From sequence record CP014788.1: a DNA stretch of 51,191 nucleotides. One strand, 5' to 3'. Of this stretch, positions 1-8,127 are shown piece by piece. The stretch's first letter is position 1. The number at the start of each line of letters is the position of its first letter. The position numbers and the translations under genes were made by a program. The notes beneath the pieces were generated by a model. The model was not told where the DNA came from, searched no databases, and was given only the letters and a program-made list of their open reading frames with translations. The DNA is from a plasmid.

Positions 1-35
1 AAATCAGCTCTTCAGCCAAATTGGGACGTTTTGTT

Positions 36-401
36 TTACTTTTCCTTGTTCACCAGTCCAAAACTAATCTGGAGCGCGTGGTCCACCGCGGTCATCCTAG
101 CCGGACTGATCTTAGCAATCCGGTCTTGCAGCCGTTGCTTGTCAATCGTTCGCACCTGCTCTAAGAGAATAACCGAGTTATGTGCAAGGGAGCTTTCCTT
201 GTGGGGCAAGAATACATGAGTCGGCAACCGGCTTTTTTGGAGTTGAGTGGTAATTGCCGCCACAATCACCGTCGGACTGTAATGGTTACCAACGTCATTT
301 TGTAAGATCAGTACGGGCCGGACGCCCCCCTGTTCTGACCCGATTACCGGGGAGAGGTCCGCATAAAAGATTTCGCCCCGTTTTACCCGCTTACTCGTCA
401 T
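36..401 (-). CDS. mazF: MazF/PemK-family mRNA interferase (endoribonuclease toxin)
   Basis: Translation MTSKRVKRGEIFYADLSPVIGSEQGGVRPVLILQND matches the conserved MazF/NdoA N-terminus. An AAGGAG ribosome-binding site lies 7 nt upstream of the ATG at 399-401. The gene sits 16 nt after the alr stop. Confidence 0.85.
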   Translation of the reverse strand: MTSKRVKRGEIFYADLSPVIGSEQGGVRPVLILQNDVGNHYSPTVIVAAITTQLQKSRLPTHVFLPHKESSLAHNSVILLEQVRTIDKQRLQDRIAKISPARMTAVDHALQISFGLVNKEK

Positions 402-416
402 CTTCCCGCTCCTTTA

Positions 417-1541
417 TTAATAGTGATAAGTTCGGTGGATCCGGTTATTAAAGTTGGTCAGGATCTCATAATTGATCGTCTGAGCCTGGTCGGCCATTTC
501 CTCAGCAGTGATTGTCAAGTCGCCGGACCGGCCCATCAGGATGACCGGGGTATCTACCGGGTAGTATTTCGGTAGCCGAACCATCATCTGGTCCATGCAG
601 ACCCGGCCGGCAATTGGACAGTACTGCCCGTCGACCAGTACCTTGAAGCCGGTCATGCAGCGTGGATAGCCGTCCGCGTAGCCAATCGGCACTGTCGCCA
701 ACCATTCATCGTGTTCCGCAGTATAAGTGGCCCCGTAGCTAACCGACTCACCGGCAGCCAGTTTCTTTACGAAGCTGATCGATGAACGGAGCGTCCCGAC
801 CGGTTGGAGGTGCAAGTCCTCCGGCAGGTCAGTTCCGGACGGGTTATAGCCGTACATCGACAGCCCCATCCGGATCGTGTTGGCCGTAATCTGGTCGCGG
901 TGCCACAAACCGGTCGCCGAATTCGCCATGTGCGTGTACTGTGGTAGCTCGTCCAGGCTTTCAATAAATTTCTGCCAGCGCGCGTATTGCCGATCAAAGT
1001 AGGTGTGGTCAGCACTGTCCGCCGTTGCAAAGTGGGTAAACATCCCCTCGAATTCAAATTCAGGATACCGCCGCAGGATCTTAACGGCCTGGTTAAACTC
1101 GGCGACATTTGTAAAGCCAATCCGCCCCATCCCGGTATCGACAGCCAGGTGAATCTTGAGGGGCTTCTTCCAGTTAAACTGGCGGGCAAACTGGTGGTAC
1201 TTGGTCAGCCAATCTAGCGAACCCACGGTCAGGGAAACTCCTGCCTCAGCAGCGACGTTCGCCTCTTCGACCGGTGTAATTCCTAAAACCAGCGTAATAA
1301 CGTCTAAGCCGCTATCCCGCAGTTCTAATGCTTCATCAAGGATTGCCACGCACATCCCAGTGGCACCAGCACGGAGGGCCGCCTGAGCGACCGGTACCAG
1401 ACCGTGACCGTAAGCATTGGCTTTGACAACCGCTAAGATTTTGCTGTCGGCTGGCAAGGCGGCTTTCTGGGCCTGGATATTTTCACCGAGTGCCCGCAGG
1501 TTAATTACATATTCCGTATTGCGGAGACGTCCACTTATCAT
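417..1541 (-). CDS. alr: alanine racemase
   Basis: 374 aa with the PLP-lysine motif AVVKANAYGHG. Full length for Alr. TAA stop at 417-419. Confidence 0.95.
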   Translation of the reverse strand: MISGRLRNTEYVINLRALGENIQAQKAALPADSKILAVVKANAYGHGLVPVAQAALRAGATGMCVAILDEALELRDSGLDVITLVLGITPVEEANVAAEAGVSLTVGSLDWLTKYHQFARQFNWKKPLKIHLAVDTGMGRIGFTNVAEFNQAVKILRRYPEFEFEGMFTHFATADSADHTYFDRQYARWQKFIESLDELPQYTHMANSATGLWHRDQITANTIRMGLSMYGYNPSGTDLPEDLHLQPVGTLRSSISFVKKLAAGESVSYGATYTAEHDEWLATVPIGYADGYPRCMTGFKVLVDGQYCPIAGRVCMDQMMVRLPKYYPVDTPVILMGRSGDLTITAEEMADQAQTINYEILTNFNNRIHRTYHY

Positions 1542-1676
1542 TATTACTCACTTTCCCGATTAAAAATTTTGCGTTGACTTCAATTTTATCAAAAATCATA
1601 GCGGGACGCACAGGTCAAGTTATAAATCATAAAGATTAATTCACCATGCGACGGAATTGATATATAATTCTATTGT

Positions 1677-1749
1677 CACGTTTTACTGGTAAATTGCTTA
1701 CAAAATCATTAAAATCACCATAGTAAATTCACTATTTTAGTAAAACGTG
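1677..1749. promoter_or_regulatory. 11-bp perfect inverted repeat pair upstream of the dlt operon
   Basis: CACGTTTTACT (1677-1687) and AGTAAAACGTG (1739-1749), separated by 51 bp. The intervening DNA contains a tandem AAAATCA AAAATCA. The pair lies just upstream of the dltX ribosome-binding site. Confidence 0.4.
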
Positions 1750-1779
1750 GTATTTTCTTATAAGCGAAAGGAGTGATTC

Positions 1780-1926
1780 ATAATCTTTTCCAAAAGTATT
1801 AAGAATCATCCCACACTAAAGTTCATCTTAAAAACGGTCTTTTACTTTATTATAATTCTCCTGCTGGTTTACCTATACGGGTACTATGGTGCAGGACAAG
1901 AACCGTTTATTTATAATGAATTCTAA
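1780..1926 (+). CDS. dltX: DltX-like small membrane protein (first gene of the dlt operon), start codon uncertain
   Basis: A frame ending at TAA 1924-1926 encodes ...KFILKTVFYFIIILLLVYLYGYYGAGQEPFIYNEF. This is one transmembrane helix plus the C-terminal FIYNEF motif typical of DltX. AAAGGAG sits at 1767-1773. An in-frame TGA at 1774-1776 leaves only ATA (1780), ATC (1783) or ATT (1798) as possible starts. Confidence 0.6.
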   Translation: MIFSKSIKNHPTLKFILKTVFYFIIILLLVYLYGYYGAGQEPFIYNEF

Positions 1927-3475
1927 CGTGGAGGAGAATAAATTGATTACAAATCTTGTTAATGCTTTTGACCAGATCGCCATGGCCAACCAGGACCGGC
2001 TGGCCTACGACGAAATGGGCAGGAGCACTACTTATGGTGAATTAAAGGCGGCTGCGGACAGTTTGGCTGCTTGGCTCGACCAGCAGTCACTACCGGACCA
2101 CAGCCCAATTTTAGTCTTTGGCGACCACCAGTATGAGATGTTAGCCAGTTTCTGGGCCGCTTTAAAAACGGGGCATTCCTACATCCCGGTAGCCGCTGAC
2201 TCAGCGCTGCCACGGATTCAATCGATCCTCGACACTGGAAAGCCTAGTCTGGTGTTGGCAATTGACGCTTTCCCTGGTGACCAGCTCGTGGTGAGCGCAC
2301 CGGTAATTGACCGGGACGCCATCAACCAGGCCATCAATGCGCACGAAGCGTTTGATGACCCGAACCCCGTCACGGGGGACGACCTCGCCTACATCCTGTT
2401 TACCTCAGGGACAACCGGTTCTCCTAAAGGGGTGGAAGTCAGCCACGACAACCTGGTAACCTTCACCAACTGGATGCTGAGTGACGAATTTGACCTACCG
2501 GCCCATGCCAACTACCTGGGACAACCGCCATATTCGTTTGACCTTTCAAATATGTTCTTATACCCGGCCCTGATGAGCGGGAGCACGATTAAGGCTTTGC
2601 CGCATGACGTGGTTGAAAACTTCGGGCAGCTCTTTACGGCCTTGCCTAAACTAGACCTCAACGTCTTTGTCGGGACCCCTTCGTTTGCGGATATGCTGAT
2701 GTTAAGCCCGGCCTTTAGTGAACAGCAGATGCCGGGAATCACCGACTTCCTGTTCTGCGGTGAAGAGCTGACGGTCAAGACCGCTCAAAACCTGCACAAG
2801 CGCTTCCCCCACGCCCATATTTTCAACACTTACGGGCCCACGGAGGCCACGGTCGCTGTTTCCGGAATTGAAATCACTCCTGAAATTGCGGCGAACAATG
2901 ACCGCCTCCCCGTTGGCTATGCCAAGCCGGGAGTAGAATTGTCAATTTGGCAGGGCGACCAGCAGGTAACTACCCCGGGAGAACAAGGAGAAATCATCAT
3001 TGCTGGGGACAGCGTTGCCCACGGCTACATGAACAACCCTGAAAAGACCGCTCAAGCCTTTTTCGAGCTGAACGGCCAGCCAGCATACCGGACCGGGGAC
3101 GCGGGAGTGCTTGACGAAGATGGTCTTCTCCACCACAAGGGGCGGATGGACTTTCAAATTAAACTCCACGGCTTCCGGATTGAATTGGATGAAGTACGGG
3201 CCAGCCTAGAAAAGAGCCCGTATATCAAGCAGGCAGTGGCGCTGCCGAAATACAACCGGGACGGCAAGGTTACCCACCTGATCGCCGCGGTCATCCCCAA
3301 GAAGGACTATGCTGACGAGGAGCCAGCCAAACTGACCGCTCAAATCCGGGAAAGCCTCAAGGAACTCATCATGCCATACATGATGCCGACCCAATTCATT
3401 TACCGAGACAGCTTCCCGATGTCTGCAAATGGCAAGATTGCAGTTAAGCAAATGATTAAAGAGGTCAATCAATAA
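1886..3475 (+). CDS. dltA: D-alanine--D-alanyl carrier protein ligase
   Basis: AMP-binding motif FTSGTTGSPKGV. The 529 aa ORF is probably N-terminally over-extended. A likely TTG start at 1943 is preceded by GGAGGAG (1931-1937) and follows directly after the dltX stop. Confidence 0.95.
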   Translation: MVQDKNRLFIMNSNVEENKLITNLVNAFDQIAMANQDRLAYDEMGRSTTYGELKAAADSLAAWLDQQSLPDHSPILVFGDHQYEMLASFWAALKTGHSYIPVAADSALPRIQSILDTGKPSLVLAIDAFPGDQLVVSAPVIDRDAINQAINAHEAFDDPNPVTGDDLAYILFTSGTTGSPKGVEVSHDNLVTFTNWMLSDEFDLPAHANYLGQPPYSFDLSNMFLYPALMSGSTIKALPHDVVENFGQLFTALPKLDLNVFVGTPSFADMLMLSPAFSEQQMPGITDFLFCGEELTVKTAQNLHKRFPHAHIFNTYGPTEATVAVSGIEITPEIAANNDRLPVGYAKPGVELSIWQGDQQVTTPGEQGEIIIAGDSVAHGYMNNPEKTAQAFFELNGQPAYRTGDAGVLDEDGLLHHKGRMDFQIKLHGFRIELDEVRASLEKSPYIKQAVALPKYNRDGKVTHLIAAVIPKKDYADEEPAKLTAQIRESLKELIMPYMMPTQFIYRDSFPMSANGKIAVKQMIKEVNQ

Positions 3476-4692
3476 TGATTAATTGGATCTCAAGTCTGCC
3501 AAACTTTAGCGCCTACGGAACCCCAGTCTACTTTGTCTACTTAATTCTTGCCCTTTTACCGCTGGGGATCGGCCTTTACTTTGGCAAACGGTTTAGCTGG
3601 TACGAAGCACTGGTCAGCTTCGTCTTCATTTTCTTAATGTTTGACGGCAGCAGCTGGCAGCAGGGGATTTCACTGATTGTCTACGTAATATACGAAACCC
3701 TGCTCGTGATGTTTTACGCCCGCTACCGGCAACGGCAGAACAGCACCGGTGTCTTTTACCTGCTGTCTGGCTTATCCATCCTGCCGCTGGTAATCGTAAA
3801 GCTCTCGCCAGCAATGGTGGGCCATAACTCCCTACTCGGCTTTTTGGGGATTTCTTACCTGACTTTCCGGGCCGTTGGAACCATTATCGAAACCCGGGAC
3901 GGAATGATTAAGGAAATTTCTCCCTGGAAGTTTGTCCGCTTTATCCTGTTTATGCCGACGATTACCTCCGGACCAATCGATCGCTACCGGCGTTTCGAAA
4001 AGGACTACCGGAAAGTCCCGTCACGGGAAGACTACCTGAACCTGGTCAGCAAGGGGATTTTCTACCTCTTCCTCGGTTTCTTGTACAAGTTCGTGATTGG
4101 TTACTTCTTCGGACAAAACTTTTACCCGTTCTTTGAACAGCAGGCCATGATTAACCACAGTCTGTTCTCCTGGAGCATGCTGGGGGTAATGTACACGTAC
4201 GGTTTCTACCTCTTCTTCGACTTTGCCGGCTACTCGCTCTTTGCGGTCGCGATTTCCTATTTTATGGGTGTCCAGACCCCGATGAACTTCAAGCAGCCAT
4301 TTAAGTCCAAGAACATCAAAGAGTTCTGGAACCGTTGGCACATCAGCCTGTCGTTCTGGTTCCGTGACTACATTTTCATGCGCTTTGTCTTCATGGCAAC
4401 CAAAAAACGCTGGTTTAAGAACCGGAATGCCTTGTCATCGACCGCTTATATGCTTAACATGGTTTTGATGGGCTTTTGGCACGGCATCACCTGGTACTAT
4501 ATTTTGTATGGTTTCCTGCACGGTTTTGCCCTAGTGGCGAATGACTGGTGGTTACGGTTCAAGCGAAAACGGCTGCCAAACCTGCCCCACAATAAGCTGA
4601 CCACGGGAATTGCCATTTTTGTTACCTTTAACTTTGTTATGTTTACATTTTTGATTTTTAGTGGTTTCTTGGATACCTTTTTATTTAGCTAA
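3475..4692 (+). CDS. dltB: D-alanyl transfer protein DltB (MBOAT family)
   Basis: Polytopic membrane protein carrying the MBOAT His motif (FWNRWHISLSFWFRDYIF). Overlaps the dltA stop. Confidence 0.95.
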   Translation: MINWISSLPNFSAYGTPVYFVYLILALLPLGIGLYFGKRFSWYEALVSFVFIFLMFDGSSWQQGISLIVYVIYETLLVMFYARYRQRQNSTGVFYLLSGLSILPLVIVKLSPAMVGHNSLLGFLGISYLTFRAVGTIIETRDGMIKEISPWKFVRFILFMPTITSGPIDRYRRFEKDYRKVPSREDYLNLVSKGIFYLFLGFLYKFVIGYFFGQNFYPFFEQQAMINHSLFSWSMLGVMYTYGFYLFFDFAGYSLFAVAISYFMGVQTPMNFKQPFKSKNIKEFWNRWHISLSFWFRDYIFMRFVFMATKKRWFKNRNALSSTAYMLNMVLMGFWHGITWYYILYGFLHGFALVANDWWLRFKRKRLPNLPHNKLTTGIAIFVTFNFVMFTFLIFSGFLDTFLFS

Positions 4693-4721
4693 CCACATCG
4701 ATTTTAGGAGGATTTACGATT

Positions 4722-4961
4722 ATGCAAGAACAAATTATTAACATTTTAGCTGACGCAACTGGCCGGGACGCGGCTGATTTTAGCGATGCTTCCCAAGACC
4801 TGTTTACCAGTGGCCTCTTGGACTCCATGGCAACGGTTAGCCTGCTGTTAGGCTTGCAAGATGCCTTTGATGTTCAAGTTCCGGTTTCTGAATTTGACCG
4901 GAGCCAGTGGAACACAATTGAAAAGATTGAACAACGGGTAAAGGAGCTTCAAAATGCATAA
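4722..4961 (+). CDS. dltC: D-alanyl carrier protein
   Basis: 79 aa with the phosphopantetheine-attachment serine context GLLDSMATVSLL. Confidence 0.92.
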   Translation: MQEQIINILADATGRDAADFSDASQDLFTSGLLDSMATVSLLLGLQDAFDVQVPVSEFDRSQWNTIEKIEQRVKELQNA

Positions 4962-6243
4962 CCGCCGGAAACTGTGGTCCATCTTTGGCCCTGTTATCCT
5001 GGCGTTTGTCCTGATTGTGGTGCTGTTCTCGTTACCAATTAAAAATAAACACAGCACCGCCATGGAGAAACAAGCGGCCGTTTCGCTCAGCCCAGTTGTC
5101 TTTAAAAACCAATCAATTAAGCAGCAGGCCATGAGCAATCACCAGACCAAATTTGTACCCTTTTTTGGTTCCAGCGAGCTGCGGCGGATGGATAAGTATC
5201 ACCCATCCGTAATGGCCGCGCGGTACCATAATTACACGCCCTTCCTATTTGGTTCCCGGGGAACCCAGTCACTGCCCCAGTTTTTCAACATTAATTCGAT
5301 GGAAAACCAGTTAACGGACCAAAAGGCAGTCTACATTATTTCTCCCCAATGGTTTACCAAGCAGGGCGTCAAAACCCCAGCATTCAAGTTTTATAACGGG
5401 GCGTATGCCGACCTGAGCTGGCTGCAAAAAGCCAATCCACGGTCACCATACGACCGGTATACCGCACGCCGGTTGCTGACCCTCCTAGGAACGGACGGGA
5501 CGATTGGGGCCGCAGCCCGTAAGATTGCGGCTGGTCATGCCCTTAGCGGCTGGGACCGGTTGGTAATCAACACACGGGTGGCGATGCTCAAGCACGAAGA
5601 CGCCCTCTTCTCAGAGTTCCAAATTAACAAGAACTACCAGAAACACATCCTGCCAAACGTTAACAAGCTGCCGAAAAAGTATAACTACGACCAGCTGTAT
5701 AAGGACGCTGAGGCAACCGGTGAACGGGATACCACTAACAACCGTTTCCGGGTTAAAAATAGTTTCTACACTAAGAAGATCAAGCCGCACGAAAAACGGC
5801 TGGCGGGTAGTCAGCGGCACCTGAACTATACTCAATCACCGGAATATGGTGACCTGCAAGTTGTCTTAAACCAGTTTAAGAACACGAACACCAACGTGCT
5901 GTTCGTAATTCCACCGGTTAATGCCAAGTGGGAAAAGTTCACTGGCCTGGATATGCAGATGTACTACCGTTCGGTGAACAAGATTAAGTTCCAGCTCCGC
6001 GAACAAGGTTTCAACAACGTGCTCGACCTTTCCCATGATGGCGGCAAGACTTCCTTTATGGAAGACACTATTCACATCGGCTGGGCTGGCTGGGTCAAAT
6101 TTGATCGAGCTTCCAATAGCTTCATTACCAGCAAACAGCCGGCACCGCATTATCGGTTGAGTGACCAATTTTTGATTCAAAGGTGGGCAAACCTTAATCC
6201 AACCCCAGCTAACTTAGAGCATTTCAAAGAACAATTGAAGTAA
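4954..6243 (+). CDS. dltD: D-alanyl-lipoteichoic acid biosynthesis protein DltD
   Basis: 429 aa with an N-terminal transmembrane anchor. Position after dltC and its size fit DltD. Overlaps the dltC stop. Confidence 0.9.
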   Translation: MHNRRKLWSIFGPVILAFVLIVVLFSLPIKNKHSTAMEKQAAVSLSPVVFKNQSIKQQAMSNHQTKFVPFFGSSELRRMDKYHPSVMAARYHNYTPFLFGSRGTQSLPQFFNINSMENQLTDQKAVYIISPQWFTKQGVKTPAFKFYNGAYADLSWLQKANPRSPYDRYTARRLLTLLGTDGTIGAAARKIAAGHALSGWDRLVINTRVAMLKHEDALFSEFQINKNYQKHILPNVNKLPKKYNYDQLYKDAEATGERDTTNNRFRVKNSFYTKKIKPHEKRLAGSQRHLNYTQSPEYGDLQVVLNQFKNTNTNVLFVIPPVNAKWEKFTGLDMQMYYRSVNKIKFQLREQGFNNVLDLSHDGGKTSFMEDTIHIGWAGWVKFDRASNSFITSKQPAPHYRLSDQFLIQRWANLNPTPANLEHFKEQLK

Positions 6244-6248
6244 ACGTA

Positions 6249-6289
6249 AAAAACCACTGATGGCCGTGCTGGTCATCAGTGGTTTTATT
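6249..6289 (+). terminator. rho-independent terminator of the dlt operon
   Basis: Stem ACCACTGATG(6253-6262)...CATCAGTGGT(6274-6283) followed by TTTTATT, 6 nt after the dltD stop. Confidence 0.75.
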
Positions 6290-6348
6290 CGTTTAGGATT
6301 CAAAATTATCCTATCTTCTTTGCTAGGTCAGGACTTTATAAGAGTGAG

Positions 6349-6394
6349 AAAAGACACCAAGAATCGGTTGGCAAACTGATTTTTGGTGTCTTTT
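6349..6394 (-). terminator. hairpin, probable terminator for cshA (could be bidirectional)
   Basis: 12-bp stem AAAAGACACCAA...TTGGTGTCTTTT with a 22-nt loop, flanked by A and T runs. It lies 170 nt downstream of the cshA stop. Confidence 0.5.
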
Positions 6395-6564
6395 ACCGCG
6401 CAGTTAGCCGACTTGGAGTAGGTCAAACACTGGTGGATCAGCACTTAACCCGGCAGCCAGCGATTGCGCTGAGGCCTCATCATCTACCAAGTAGCTACGC
6501 GGTTGAGTTAATTTCCAGTCCCATATTGCTTATGCTGTTCAGTGGCACAGCCCTGGCACTTGCT

Positions 6565-8109
6565 TTATTCCTTATCCTTACGGTGGCGGATATTAAAGGC
6601 GTGGCGGCTGGAGTGGCTGCGACCGTGATTATCACCGCGGTGACCCCGTGAACGGTAACGGCCATTTCCCCGTCGATTACCATTGTAGTGCCGGTGGTTG
6701 CCACCATGGTAATCAGTACGCTTACCACCGTGGTGACGACGTGGCAACGGGCGCTCTGGAGTAATCTTAACCGGAACCTCGCTAGCCGCCTCCTTCGTCA
6801 TATCATTGAGAAGGGCTGCAACCAGGTCCATTGCGTCATGGCTCTCCAGGAGCTCCTCTGCGGCCTCTTTATACCGATCGGTGGAATCTTGTGCAATTAA
6901 CTCGTCAATGTCGTTAAAGGCGCTGGCAACCTGTCCCTTAAAGGCCTCTTCGGCAGATGGGGGCTTCAGTGGTAACATCCGCACCCGGGTCAGTTTTTCA
7001 ATCTCATGCAAATATTCCATTTCATTTGGCGTTACAAAGGTCAGTGACGTTCCGTGGTGTCCGGCCCGACCTGTCCGTCCAATTCGGTGGACATAGCTAT
7101 CCGGATCGGATGGGATATCGTAATTATAAACGTGGGTCACACCGGAAATATCGAGGCCCCGTGCGGCCACGTCGGTTGCAACCAGGATATCCAGGTCCCC
7201 GTTCTTGAATTTCTTCATGATCTTCGTGCGTCGGTCCTGGGTGAGGTCACCATGAATTCCGGCGGCGTTGTACCCCCGGGCAATCAGTCCCTTTGACAGC
7301 TCATCAACCCGCCGTTTGGTACGTCCGAAGACAATCGTCAAGTCCGGATCTTGGACGTCGATCAGCCGGGTCATGATGTCAAACTTTTCGTAATCCCGGG
7401 CCCGGACGTAGTACTGGTCAACCAGGTCGGTCGTCAGTTCCTTAGCCTTAATCCGGACAGTTTCCGGGTTAGTCATGAACTGCTCGCCAATCCGCTTGAT
7501 TTCTGGCGGCATTGTCGCCGAGAAAAGGAGGGTTTGCCGCTCAGCTGGCGTTTCCTTGATGATCGCTTCAATGTCTTCTAAGAAGCCCATGTTCAGCATT
7601 TCGTCGGCTTCGTCTAATACAAGGGTTTGGATGTGACCCAGTTTGACGGTATGACGGTTAATGTGGTCACGCAGCCGGCCAGGAGTTCCGACGAGGATTT
7701 GGGGATGGTGCTTGAGACTCTTGATCTGCCGGCGAATATCCGCACCCCCATATACTACTTGAACCCGGACATGCTTATCCTTGCCCAGGCGGTAAAGTTC
7801 CTCCTGAGTTTGGATTGCCAGTTCACGAGTCGGGGAGATAATCAGCGCTTGGATATTTGGGTTGTCCGTATCGACGTGCTCAATAATCGGTAAACCAAAC
7901 GCGGCGGTTTTCCCTGTCCCTGTCTGGGCCTGGCCAATGACGTCCTGTCCCTTCAAGACCATTGGAATCGTCTGTTCCTGAATTGGGGTGGCCTCTTCGT
8001 AGCCGCTCCGCTTAATTGCTTTTAATAAACTTTGCGATAAACCTAATTCGCTAAACTTCAAAAAATTTCCTCCTAAAAATGACCAGTCGACGGGTGAAAA
8101 CATCACCAA
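6565..8109 (-). CDS. cshA: DEAD-box ATP-dependent RNA helicase CshA
   Basis: Motifs GQAQTGTGKTAAF, DEAD, SAT and HRIGRTGRAG are present. The C-terminal tail is basic and rich in Arg/Gly/His/Asn. The likely true start is TTG at 8059-8061 (MKFSELGLSQ), preceded by GGAGG. Confidence 0.93.
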   Translation of the reverse strand: MVMFSPVDWSFLGGNFLKFSELGLSQSLLKAIKRSGYEEATPIQEQTIPMVLKGQDVIGQAQTGTGKTAAFGLPIIEHVDTDNPNIQALIISPTRELAIQTQEELYRLGKDKHVRVQVVYGGADIRRQIKSLKHHPQILVGTPGRLRDHINRHTVKLGHIQTLVLDEADEMLNMGFLEDIEAIIKETPAERQTLLFSATMPPEIKRIGEQFMTNPETVRIKAKELTTDLVDQYYVRARDYEKFDIMTRLIDVQDPDLTIVFGRTKRRVDELSKGLIARGYNAAGIHGDLTQDRRTKIMKKFKNGDLDILVATDVAARGLDISGVTHVYNYDIPSDPDSYVHRIGRTGRAGHHGTSLTFVTPNEMEYLHEIEKLTRVRMLPLKPPSAEEAFKGQVASAFNDIDELIAQDSTDRYKEAAEELLESHDAMDLVAALLNDMTKEAASEVPVKITPERPLPRRHHGGKRTDYHGGNHRHYNGNRRGNGRYRSRGHRGDNHGRSHSSRHAFNIRHRKDKE

Positions 8110-8127
8110 TCGGCTGGTAATCAGTTA

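Noticed and set aside
31-219. 62-aa plus-strand ORF at the window start
   Set aside because: It lies entirely antisense to the well-supported mazF gene and has no ribosome-binding site, so it is a frame artifact.
6530-6565. Sigma-54-like TGGCACagcccTGGCACTTGC motif
   Set aside because: The -12 element is TGGC rather than TTGC. The motif overlaps the 3' end of cshA on the opposite strand and points at no gene. Treated as coincidental.
6590-6760. Repetitive GGTGGT/GGTAAC-rich DNA that looks like a short tandem repeat array
   Set aside because: It is the coding sequence for the Arg/Gly/His-rich C-terminal tail of CshA and stays in frame. It is not a CRISPR array or an intergenic repeat.
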